Notes under the pieces: model-generated
What the model saw: the letters and a program-made list of their open reading frames with translations, nothing else
Database searches by the model: none
Told to the model about the DNA's origin: nothing
Position numbers and translations under genes: made by a program
Shown: piece by piece, positions 11,309 through 23,150 of the stretch
How the letters are laid out: each line of letters opens with the position of its first letter
Numbering within the stretch: the stretch's first letter is position 1
NCBI GenBank assembly: GCA_030265395.1
Contig: JARFYF010000059.1
Span: forward strand, 16,433,206-16,497,205
Length of the DNA: 64,000 bases
DNA from: Rhina ancylostomus
Taxonomy: Eukaryota
Reading direction: 5' to 3'

Positions 11309-14146
11309 TCTCATTCACAGTGTTAATGTGAGCCAATAACCTTTCTCAAACTGCTCCAAAATAAGTTTGTTCAAATTGTCTGTAAAAATCAAAGTTAGGG
11401 AATTCCCATTAATGTCTCTGAATGGGTGTGGACTGTCTGAGGTACCATACTCATTGGACCAGTCAGTCTTTCCTCTATGCTTATCCCACATAGTCCTACA
11501 GCTGAGCCCTTTCAGATGTTATTGGAGAGATGTCTCAATAGCTCTCTCTCACACCCTCCCCTCCCCATGCTACTAGAAAAAAAAGTCAGCAATTCAAAAG
11601 CAATATTTTAATAATCAATAGAACAGATTTTAAAGTCAGTGTATTAATACATATGCTTCTTTTCAGAGATTGACAGATTCTCCTGAATTTTTCATATGAA
11701 GCAATGGGTTGTAGTGCATAGCATCTGCTTTGCTGTCATCCCACACTAGCCCTACAAGCTCACTTAGCCTTGACAGCTACACAGTTCCCAATAATACTGA
11801 GGACTCCCCAAGCTGTCCCTCCCACAAGAGGCCAGAGGCAATGCAAACTAAGGACTTGTCTGAATACCACAAAGCTTATGCTGCCAGGAGGTCTTTTTTC
11901 AATTTCCAAATGTTTCAAAAAAATCAAAGATACTCAGAAATAGTTAAATTTAATATGTGGATTTAAGTGCAATTAGCTGACATAATTAAAAAACACTTAC
12001 TTTCACTTATCATTTTACATCGATTCTGTCACTACCTGCTGCAGACCCAGAATGGCAAATATATCCTTTAGGACTCCACTTGTTTGATCAGTGATGGTGC
12101 TACCAAGCATCTCTTGGTGGTGAACACCGAAGTACCCAATCCAGGGTACATGCTGTGTCCTTGCTTCTTTCACATGTAGTGTGACATGGAGAAGTATTTC
12201 ATTACCACCTACTATTCTCTCTCAGCTAATCAAGAGAAAGTTTCCTTGCCCATGTTTGACCTGATGCCATGAGACTTAAGAGTTAGTGTCAATATTAAGG
12301 ATGTCTAGGGCTATTTCCTCCTACCTGAACACCACAACTGCCACCCCTGTTGGGTCTATCCAGTCAGTGGAGCAGGATTTACTCAGGGATTGTGATTCAG
12401 GAGTCTGGCACATTGTCAGCAAGTTATATTTCTAGGAGTACACCTATAATCAGGCTGTATCTTGATTAGTATGAAAACAGCTGTCCAAATTTTAGATATC
12501 ACAGATGTTTGCGAGTTAAACTTTGCAAGGTTGACTGGGTTGGGAACAACTTTGCCATGTCTGAATTCAATGCCTCAGTCAATGCCAGTCCTATATTCAG
12601 TTATTTTCTTTCTCAATCATTAAAGTGCTTTGCCACCAATTTACTTTATTTGAAGTCTCTGTTCAAATTCACAGAAATACAGCACCAATTTATATATTCA
12701 AGCTCCCACAACAGCACTTTGATAAAAACATGACTTTATATCCCTCTCTAATGACTTCAACACAGAGCTCTAAGTTGGCATTCCACTGCCATTGGTTTGA
12801 AGATGCTGTCTGCACCTCAAGACAAACATAAAAGAATCCCGTGACACTATCTGGAAGAACAGTCAGCAGTTATTCCTGGAGTCCTGATCAATGTAATTCT
12901 TCACATTCCCAAGAGCTACTCAGATTATTCCCCTAGACCCTACATGTGGGAGGTGCTGGAATCCATGAAGAGGAACATTTTACATTACACAACTTTACAG
13001 TCATACTTATGCTGAGACCCACACTGTCACTGATTCCTAGTTATAGAAATATACTGCATCTCAGCAACCAGCAATGTTGCTTTACCACAACAGTATTAGC
13101 TAACTTAAGGCAGCTTAAAACTGTTTCTAAACTAAGCTTAAACCAGGGTTACATGTTAATTTTAATACCCGAAAATATCAAGACATGTTCATAGTGCACT
13201 GCAAGAAAAGCATTTTTACTGTCTTTTTGATATTTGCTGGAAGACAAGTATGAAAACAGGAAGAGATGAGAATTATTCAAGAAGTGAATAGCTGGTGGCA
13301 GGTAGTGTCTTGGAGTACATCTAAATTGCAAGCTGTTGGTTCTATCGGTTAGACTTGTAAAAGTTTTTGCTCCTCACACTGCTCCTGCCCTCTCTCTGAC
13401 CTCACCACTGAACTTCGCAATATGGGTTTATAGTGAGACAATAGTATTGGCTCAGGGTCATTACTGAATGGAAGGGGCCCAGGCAGTATTGATCACATCA
13501 TCCTATTACCAGGGACACCTGCCTCTACTGCTGACATGTACATTATTTGTTCCAAGCCCCTTTCTCTTGGAGTGACATTTCTGGATAGTGTCTCAGTTGT
13601 TGCACAATGCAACAAGCTCTAGGTGTGTTTGAAGTGGGAAAGGGAGGTAAACAAGCAAAATTGCCTGCTCTCATTAGACTAGAGAATACTGAATGATACA
13701 ACTCTGGATTTTTGGCAAGACCAGTCAGGCTTCAGGTGAATTTTACTAACTCTTACTGAGTACTCACCAGTACCTCCAAATGTAAAATTGTCATTTGGAA
13801 CATTAACAGTTGGAATATTTGAGCTCAGCCCCCATAGAACAATGGAGATATGGACACATAATAAACAGATAATCTCACAAAAACCAACCTCACCAGAACT
13901 AAGACCTTATTCAATCCTGTCCTTCTGCTGAAAGCTGTATAAATACTGCAAGTTCACAGTGCAAAGCAACAAGAATCACAGCAAACACAGCACCAAACAC
14001 CATCAAAAGTCCATTATTGTTCAGTTAAGGAACCTCCTGGTTTGCAAACAGAAGGCCGAGATAACGTATCCCTCCCATGCAAGGCCCAGCAGTCATCAGA
14101 ATTTAAGGCCCATTTTACATTGCAAGTTGTCTTGGACATTGTGTTC

Positions 14147-14377
14147 TCATGGCTCCGCTGGCAAGTCACAAGCTGGAGAACTAGGAGTCTTTTCTGATGC
14201 CTTTAACTTAAAGACATCATCAATAACCTGCCAGAGACAGTTCTCAAGTGGAAAGTCATTATCCACAAGATTGACCAGGTAATAGTGATCATGAATATCT
14301 TGAATTATCTGTTGAGAGCAAGAGCCAGTTGGATACAGTTTCCCCCATTGCTCAATCCATAGGGCAAAGGCTTCATC
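14147..14377 (-). CDS. MTHFR: MTHFR last coding exon
   Basis: [15 protein letters not shown]...[13 protein letters not shown]...PAEP*. Confidence 0.96.
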   Translation of the reverse strand, partial: DEAFALWIEQWGKLYPTGSCSQQIIQDIHDHYYLVNLVDNDFPLENCLWQVIDDVFKLKASEKTPSSPACDLPAEP

Positions 14378-17300
14378 CTGAGAACAAATCACAGTGTTAT
14401 CAAGTCTGCCAACTGCTTCCTTCTCACCACTCCATAAACATAGACATTTCCTTTCTCTACACTCCAGAAGTATTTTTCTTTTTTTATGTTAGCTAAAGCA
14501 ACTTGTGGACCAGGATATCAGTGGAAATATTGGAAAGAAATTATTGTTGGTTATTCTAATGGAAAGGGGTTGTGCCATATTTCTTGTCTTGTTAATCATT
14601 CAAAGTAACAGAAGAATCCCAGAGCAATGCTTTGGGAGCTGTCACAGATAGATAGCTAACTGTAGCAAACAGACATGGAATTTATTTATCGCCAGTTCTT
14701 TACAAATCAAACCAGGTGTTTTTGTTTTAATCCTTCATAAAGTTTGATTCTCATTACCTTCCAGTACATGAAGCTGATAGGATCTACCACTGTGGGCTGA
14801 ATTATCTCACGTCCTGGAAAGATACCCCATGTCACCGCAATTGGCTGCATGTCAAAAGCATTATTTATATTCTCACCCTGCAAAAAGGTTACAAATGGGT
14901 TAAGGTTAGTTTATGAAGCAGACAGAAAACTGCTGTAATCCTTACTAACCAGGTTAGGTTGTACAATAATAATACTACATCTGAGCAACAGTCTGAAAAT
15001 CAACGCATCAGTGTTCTATAAAGTGGGTTGTTACCAATTTACTTTCCTTGGTGTTCATATACATTGCAAACATTAATGTGACGCAGTTTGCTGTTCTTCC
15101 ACTACCAGATTCAATTCAGGCTGGTTTATTGGTCTCAGTGAAAGTTCCTTTAGACCAAAGGCGCTGTCAGTTTTATACCGGTTGAGTGCCACTATCATCA
15201 TTGATGATGATATGAGTGGGAGATGAGTTATGTTACCCTGCAGTCACTCTATTAATATGTGAAACAAAGGAACAAACTTTTCACCTTGACTTCTAGCACC
15301 TTTTCTTACAGAACAAGTGAAATTTGATTACTGCTTTTAATCCAGGATTTGTGATCCAATCTGTGATCCGCTATCCCTTACCTTCACGTTTACAATCTGG
15401 TAGTTTACACGCATTTCATATTTCTTCAGAACTTTGAGTAGAGTAGATACATTTTCAGAGGAGGTGAAAAACTCAAGATAAGCCTAAAATAGGAAGAGCA
15501 ATATTCAGTCACAGGATGACAAGATTCCTTTGCTTATGGTCTATCTTCACATAGCTGAGTTTCTAAATCAAGAATTTCTGAAACCCCAAAGGATCTCTTT
15601 ATTCTCAGAGTTTTTGTTATCTTACCTTCTGAAATACATAACCACCCTCAGGTCCCCAGCCCACAATGGGGTCAGTTGAAGGTTTTGCATTAATGTTGGG
15701 CTGGGAGTTTATGGTGAGAATTCCCATTTGGTTCACCTTCTCCAGTTCATCCTTCATCAGGGATGTTTCTGGTGCCAGGGCATCATCATTCCAGGGCAAA
15801 CAGGCCACCTGAGAATATACAAACCAGAAGTACTGAGTTTTATTTGTGTTTAAAAACTGGGCTGGCTTGGCTGTTCAAACCCTTGAGTCCTGGTCTCCAA
15901 GCGAGAAGATTGTCAGGTTTAAAGTGGCTTACTTCTGTTGGATACGTGTTAACTGGTGCCAGACATGAATTCTGAGCTGCCACACATTATTGGGAGACAC
16001 AAGGTATTGAGAGAAGGGAAGAATGAAAGTGAGAGTAATCAGGTCTGAGGAAATAACTAGGGGGCAATGGCTACTGCTCTCTTTTTTGAGAGACAATCAA
16101 TGGGGAAAAAACTTGCCTTTGGGTCCCAACATCCAAGCTTTTGTCCATTAGAATTTGTTGTTATGTAAACTCAAGTTCAGGTCAAGTTTTCTGAACCACT
16201 GACCTAATGATTCTCTTATTGTGAATTTTTCTAACGCTTGGTGACAAAAGATCTCATTTACTCAGATATTTGTAAGTTGATTCCATGGTTTTTTTTAATA
16301 TAATGAAGAACAGACAAGACGAGACACATGGTATATTGAAGATTCATAGTACAGAAGGTTTATTACTGTTGTGGATGTTGCTCGAGTCCTCTCTGGGGAA
16401 AAGTAGTCCTTATACCAGAATGACAAATAGTGCTAGTTAAATTTCCAAGTATTGTACTGAAAGACAGCAACCGTCTGAAATATCTACTAATTCTGAAATA
16501 AGACACAACTGTTACAGAAATCAAGGCCTGCACTGGAGGTCCTGATGGTCAACAACTCCATATATCTCTATACACACGCACTCATTCATTCACAGGNNNA
16601 TTCATTCACAGGATGCAGGTGCTGCTGATAAAGCCAGCATCTACAGCCCTGCCCTAAGTGCTCTTGAACTAAAAGGCTAGCTGAGACATCAGAGGATATT
16701 AAGAAAAACTATATTACCACGGGGATAGAGTCACATATAGGACAGAACAGGTAAAGACACAAGACTTCCTCTCCTGAAATACATTTACTGATGGGTTTTA
16801 ACTAAACTCACTTAGATATGAGTACATTTACAGATACTAGATTTTAAAAATACAGATTCATTTAACTATCTGAATTTAACGATTTGGACTCAAGTCTCTG
16901 GATCATTCCCCCAGGAATCTATTATTAAACCGGTAATAGCAATCATTTTGTTACTTTTACAATATAACTCAGACAAGATGCCAAGCCTCATTTTCCTGCA
17001 TGCACAACTTAATCTGATATAAGTATAGCTAAATACTTGGTGGTGCAAATTAGAAATGACCATCAAGTGATACATTTTGTTTAAAATACTATGTTTTCAT
17101 AAACTGCTATGGGATTTGTAATTTAACTCTTCTTAGGAACTAGACACAAATAGTTATTTTATAAATCTTCTGGTTTGTTTTTATTGGTCACAATTTGTTC
17201 TATTACCTTTATTCCATTGCTGTTGGGCTTCCCACTAATATATGCTGTGAAGACGTCAAATATACTTTTTTCATCTACCAATTCTTCTCCCCACATCTTC

Positions 17301-20300
17301 AGCAACTCCTCCTTGGGACACTTATTCTTCAGGTAGAAAAGGTAGTAATCATTCAACTCACCAAATGCAGGAGATGAGGAGTTCCCCCTGAAATATCAAA
17401 TACAATAAAAACCATACTGCATCAAAACTGAGCAACTTATTTCAGCCAAAGCCACCAATATAGAGTTGATCATATCAGTAAACATCTTTTGTACAATTAT
17501 TTGCTCAGGAAATTAAGTTCTCTCATATTGGTGTTGGGGCTATTCAGTAAACTAATATTAAAGAGAGAGATCCACATTTTAGTCCATATTTATCCTCAAA
17601 ATTAAAATGAAATAAAATTATAACCGCCAGCATTTCAACCTGGCATTCCATCTCACAATGCTCAATCCTGGCACAAACCAAACCTGGAAAGAATGGACTG
17701 AAAATTGTGTTCCTTAGTGCTTTTCTGCATCAGTTCACATAAACACAGTGGGAAAGTTCCACATGTACCACTACAAAATCCAAGATTGATTATCAGGCTA
17801 AATATTTACAAGTGTGAATTTACTAGTGTGACAAGCATTCTCCTATTGCACCTTAGCACAATAAACAGCAGTAACGATTTATGATTATACCATCTTCCAT
17901 TTGGGAATTCATCCCAATCCTGGGTTCTGTAGATGTAACTCTTCTGTCTTGAAGCCCAAAATATTGGTCGGACATCCTCAACCCTTCGCTTTGGATTGGC
18001 ACTAATGGTCCATGGCAGCACTCGCCTGGGAGAGCAGAGAACTGAAGATAAAAAGGTTTTCACACAACTTACATCATGACAGCTCTTTAAAGAATGGTCC
18101 AAAGCTTGGAAATTTCTAAATGGTTAATTCCTGGAGTCAGAGCACAATTACAGTACCACCATGGTAAAGCAATAATTTCTTTACTGAGAAAATAAACATT
18201 GGTGTCCTTTATCAGTAATGCAAGTTAATCAGTAAACCAGAGAAGGTAGGTACTTCTAGAATTTAAGTAATGTTTTGCAAAAATGTGTAGTTGGCCCATT
18301 AAGATTCCTGCTTGCCCGAGCTCTATGAATTGCAGAAATCATGTACATTGTTAGATTTTTTGCTCAAGCCCACCTAGGATCCTCAGTCCACAGTCCGAGT
18401 CGTTTCAGGATCTCGATGGTTGCCACCTCTCGGTTCAGGGTGTAGAAGTGGAGCCCTGGCACCAACCCTGATTTCAGTAGAACCTTGCACATGTCAGTGG
18501 CCAAGTCAATACCATAATTTCTAATAGCATCATCATTATCCTTGATTGAGTCAATGACATCTTTGATTTCTTGAGGAACCTGCAGCTTGGAGAGTTTAAC
18601 CAGCTGTCGCAATGAGTGATGACTCTGCACAAGGTGGAAGAATGAGATTAACACATGAATTGTACCAGCAAAAGGACTGAGAAAGTGTTCACCTGCTAGG
18701 GCAAACTGGGTGACATTATTGCTCGTGTATAACTGAGAACGCAAGGCATATCACCAGTTTAGGAGGCGCACCTGGAAACAGGCTTCTCCTAGGACCTCTA
18801 TTCACACGTACCTGAATGGGAAATATTCCTGGCAGAATGGGGCAAGTAATTCCAATTGCACGGCAGTCCTTATAAAATGTCAGGAAGGTCTCAGGTTTGA
18901 AGAATAGTTGGGTGATGATAAAGTCTGAACCAGCATCCACCTTTGCTTTCAGATGGCTGAGATCCTCCTCATAACTGCCACACTCAGGGTGTCCAGTTGG
19001 GTAACCTGCAAGGAAACAAAATTTAGATCAGCATCTTGCCTCAAGCAAGACAGAGAGCAAGATTGAAAGAAACTGGGTTCGCAGATCTTAGCTTACCAGC
19101 AACACAGATGTCAAAGTAATCACTAAATTCGCAGCGAATGTGCTTGACTAAGTCACTAGCATAATTAAATCCTCCTTCTTCAGTCTTCCACTCATCACCG
19201 AGGGGATCTAAAGCATGCAACACAACAGATGCTGTTACTGGTTCCCTCATTCCATAAACTTTGAACTTTGGATTCTCATTCCTACCTCCCCATTCCCAAC
19301 ATATTTGCCTAATATGGAAAAAAAATAGAATAGACTATCACATTTAAATTATTTAAATACAGGGCTAATTGGGTGACAATGAATAATAGATTCTCCCTCA
19401 TCTCCACAGCAAACAGTGCTTTACTGTGATGTTTACAGGAAGCTGGCAAATATTTCACAACGATTGGATCTATGGTTTCCCTTCCTCTCCCCAGTGTTAT
19501 TCGCCCAGCAAGTCCAATAGGAAAATAACTTCAGTTTCATTCTGTTGTATACCTCACAGATCCAGGAATTTGACCCATGAGAAGACAATACCCGGATAAT
19601 GCCACAGAAAAGGGATTTGCTCAATAACCTATTGACCTCTTCCCACGAGCCAGAGATCTTTTGCTCATCACCTTTGCTATACCCATGGAGCTTAGAATTA
19701 ATGTAGGCAACAGAAGGTAGGCTGGATTCACCGATAGATGTCAAACTTGGAGATGGGAAACCAGAAGATTCTCTGCTGAGGGTGTGGGAAGTAGGGTGTG
19801 ACAGGAGAGGGAAACAAGTTATGGAAGAGGTTAAAAACAAAACACAGCTCAGCATCTTACCCCCACGAAGTGCGAGTATGTTCTTCAACCCGAGGCTACG
19901 AGCTTTCTGCAGGTGCTGTGTGATCTGATCCTTGGTTTGGTTACAGCAGGTTAGGTGCAGCAATGTCTCCAGCCCACAGTAATTTACTGCCGTGCTGGCA
20001 ATGGTCATGGAAGAAGTCTCTTTGTCACCACCTGGGTCTCCAGCAGGATGCCAGGTGACATCAATGAAGAGTGGCCCACCAACAGCCATATGGTCAAACC
20101 TAATCGAGCAAAGGTCATGGTCAACAAGTCACAACACAAATCTATCACAAGATCCCAATTACAGCTCAACCAATGGTTCAGCAAGTTTATCCAGGGAGCT
20201 GGGCAAATCAGGAGAATCAAGCCAGTGCCAGGTAACCTGATCTGTGCCAAGGCGAGGGTAGAAATGGGACAGTTAACCTCAGTACTTGCTAGATATCTAG

Positions 20301-23150
20301 AAAGCAATTAAACAAGTCACTGTCCTAATCCAAAGTTTCAAAGAAAACATTTGGTTCAATTGTGATGTTTCTATCAACATGTATATCAGGCTTATATTTT
20401 GATGCAAGATAAAGGATTTGTATCTCAGTGAAAGTATCAATTCCAGAAAAGGCCAGCATCCAATGGAACGGCATGTAGACCAAGTTAGTACCTCCAAAGC
20501 AGTCTTTTGACAGGAGGAAGGAAAAATTAGAAAATGACTGCAATATTAGATCAGCCACAACCACGAAGCACGTAGAGGGCTAAGTATTCAGCAAGGACAA
20601 TGTGGCCTCCTTGTATTAATTTCTTGCAGACTGATGCATCACAGGGAGTCATGACTCCCAATTAGTGATGCAATGAACTTGCAGCGCGCTGTACCACAGA
20701 AATCACCAGTGTAAACAGCAACCGCTCCTGGACACAGCCACATCACACCAACAGACAGCACTCGCTCCAGCAACAATCTCAATTGAAGGCACTCACTCCA
20801 GTCCCTTGTTCTAGAACTCACTGTGGAATCCAGCAACAACTAATTATCACTTCAGGAGATGCAGGTACCTTACTCCTTTTGGCAATATGTATGCAAAATA
20901 CTCCAATGAGAAAAACAGTTCCAGAAATCACTCAATTTACTTCCATTATCTAGATTAGAAATTGCAGTACATGCAATATTGACTGCAGATAATGATTATC
21001 TTAAGACAGATTGCACAATGTAACTAATTCTTCTAGAGTTAAAACAAGGTTTTGTAGAAATTTCCAGAGTAAATCTGATAAAAGCTCTGAAGTAAACCAC
21101 ATAGACTCTGTTTGAACTCCTTGTGTTTCATTTTGCAATAGACTTTGTTAAAAGTTAAGAACCCACGAAGCAGTTATACTTTACAGATGTGTTACGGACT
21201 AGGACTCTTAGTGAGTGTCCCTTTTAGAGAGACAGTGTGAGTGTGAGTGTGAGTGTGAGGTGTGCTTATGTCAACAGAAGATAAACAATGTCATGACGTT
21301 GTTGTTNNNNNNNNNNNNNNNNNNNNNNNNNNNNNNNNNNNNNNNNNNNNNNNNNNNNNNNNNNNNNNNNNNNNNNNNNNNNNNNNNNNNNNNNNNNNNN
21401 NNNNNNCTTCAGACTGACTTCCACTGGTTGTTTCAACAACAACGTCATGACGTTCTTTATCTTCTGTTGACGTAAGCACGCCAAACACACACACAATCTA
21501 AAAGGGACACTCACTAATAGTCCTAGTCCGTAACAGATGCAAATCAACATGCAATGCCAGAACTGCTCCTGATAGATACTTTCAAGAAAATGTAACAGTT
21601 TTTCTCTCTTACTTCATCCTCCCGCACTTTAAGGTCAGTATTAGCTCTTCAAACCACAGCATCCCCATGGACCCAGTCAGTAGGGAAGGAAATCTGTCCT
21701 CCTATCTAACCTAGTCTTTACAAGATTCCACCACCATGGCAATGTGGCCGACTTTTAAATGGCCTTTGAAATGACAAATCAAGCCACTCAGTAAATCAAG
21801 TCAGTATGATTAAATACAAGAAAACTAATGGGTGACCTTGCATTGACCTAGGCACTGAACTCAGACACAAGACACTTTCGGCCCCATTAACTTCAACTTC
21901 CTTCAGAACAGGATTCTCCAAATCGTTTCCACCATCTTCATTGCACACATTTAGAATGCAATGGAATTCTCTCCACATGCAAATTCCAACATCACTAAGA
22001 AACTTAACAGCATCCAGTTGAAAGCAAGCTGCTTGATTGGCACCACTACCTTCACCTGAAACGCTCACTTCCTCCATCACTGGTACACCACGGTTATGCT
22101 GTATACTATCAACAAAATACACGATAAGAAGTGGCCACATGTCCAGTAACTAAAAGAGCAAGTACCGCAAACATATGGAAAGCCACCACCTGCAACTTAT
22201 CATCCAAGCTGCGCAATGTCCTGACTTGAAAATGTGTCATTATTCTTTTACCACTGCCTGATCTAAATTCTGGAACCATCTCCCATAGTGTTGTTGGGTA
22301 ACACCTTCACTACGTAGCTACATTGAATCCAGGGAGTGGCCACCACCACCCAGAGTCATAATGTCATAGAGACTTATGGTACAGAAACACACCCCTTGAC
22401 CCAACCCTTCCATGCCAACTGTGATGCCCATCTATACTAATCCTATTTGCCCACTTAAGCCTATATTCCTATACTCCTTTCATATTCAACTACCTGTCTA
22501 AATACCTTTTAAACCCTGAAAGTGTATCTGCCTCCATCACTTCCTCTGGCAGCTCATTCCATTTAACCACCACCTCCTGTGTAGAAAAAACTTGCCCCTC
22601 AGATGTCCTTTAAATTTTTCCCCCTCACCTTAAACCTATGTACTCTAGTTTTAGACTAGGAAAGAGACTATACTATCTATGCCCCTACAATTCTCCAGTG
22701 AGAATAAACCCAATCTCTCCTTATAAGTAAAATCCTCCATTCCAGGAAACACTCTGGTGAATCTCTTCTGCATTCTTTCTAATGCTACCACACCCTTCCT
22801 GTAGTGTGATGGACAAAAAAAAACTGGGATTGCCAGTAATGCCCACATTCCGTAAATGAATAAAATAGTCAATGAGCCACTTCTTCTCTTGGACTTGAGT
22901 GCACCTGGCCATTCATCACTGATCAACCTCACCTGGAGATCAGATTAACAGCACCACTGGCTGTTCGTGGAGGGAAAAACTCCAGGGAGAACCAAGTGTC
23001 TCTGGATTCAATACGGCGGCGCATCTTATCCTTGAGTCGGTCAGTATCAGGAGGAGGAGTTGAGCTGCGTGAACTTCCCCTGGAACCATCACTGGAACCC
23101 TCATCAGATTTGGAAGCACGCCCCATGTCTTTTTGTTTTTCAATCAGCAT
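14147..23150 (-). CDS. MTHFR: Methylenetetrahydrofolate reductase, complete CDS, 654 aa; complement(join(14147-14377,14758-14877,15382-15483,15626-15808,17207-17387,17891-18025,18374-18624,18812-19005,19097-19207,19861-20099,22933-23150))
   Basis: Motifs [93 protein letters not shown]. Internal exon sizes 239/111/194/251/135/181/183/102/120 match human as recalled. 1965 nt with open frame. Confidence 0.98.
14758..14877 (-). CDS. MTHFR: MTHFR coding exon 10
   Basis: [40 protein letters not shown]; 120 nt; read by hand. Confidence 0.96.
15382..15483 (-). CDS. MTHFR: MTHFR coding exon 9
   Basis: [12 protein letters not shown]...[10 protein letters not shown]; 102 nt; not in the ORF track, read by hand. 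Confidence 0.95.
15626..15808 (-). CDS. MTHFR: MTHFR coding exon 8
   Basis: VACLPWNDD...[12 protein letters not shown]; 183 nt. Confidence 0.97.
17207..17387 (-). CDS. MTHFR: MTHFR coding exon 7
   Basis: [19 protein letters not shown]...NSNGIK; 181 nt. Confidence 0.97.
17891..18025 (-). CDS. MTHFR: MTHFR coding exon 6
   Basis: RVLPW...[11 protein letters not shown]...[10 protein letters not shown]; 135 nt. Confidence 0.97.
18374..18624 (-). CDS. MTHFR: MTHFR coding exon 5
   Basis: [14 protein letters not shown]...[10 protein letters not shown]...WTEDPR; 251 nt. Confidence 0.97.
18812..19005 (-). CDS. MTHFR: MTHFR coding exon 4
   Basis: GYPTGHPE...[15 protein letters not shown]...PGIFPIQ; 194 nt. 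Confidence 0.97.
19097..19207 (-). CDS. MTHFR: MTHFR coding exon 3
   Basis: DPLGDEW...DYFDICVA; 111 nt. Confidence 0.97.
19861..20099 (-). CDS. MTHFR: MTHFR coding exon 2
   Basis: [20 protein letters not shown]...NILALRG; 239 nt; gtaaga donor. Confidence 0.97.
21190..21535. mobile_element. Non-autonomous TIR element (MITE), Ginger-like termini, in an MTHFR intron
   Basis: Left end TGTTACGGACTAGGACT is the reverse complement of right end AGTCCTAGTCCGTAACA; imperfect TIRs >100 bp; GATG direct repeat at 21186-21189 and 21536-21539; centre is an N gap. Confidence 0.82.
21950..22350 (+). mobile_element. Old LINE RT 3' fragment (same family as 46975-48830)
   Basis: Shares cttaacagcatccagttgaaagcaagctgcttgattggcacc-type block with the [15 protein letters not shown] region. 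Confidence 0.5.
22360..22830 (-). mobile_element. CR1 LINE 3' fragment
   Basis: [38 protein letters not shown] (CR1 ORF2 C-terminus) plus 3' tail. Confidence 0.85.
22933..23150 (-). CDS. MTHFR: MTHFR first coding exon (MLIEKQKD...AVNLISR)
   Basis: Acceptor at 23160 (tttgcag|GTAACTGTTG ATG); AG|gtgagg donor; Ser-rich N-terminus and [10 protein letters not shown]. Confidence 0.95.

Noticed and set aside
19433-19860. Long read-through of the 218-aa ORF beyond the MTHFR exon
   Set aside because: Canonical donor at 19860 and expected 239-nt exon size; the extension has no recognisable similarity.
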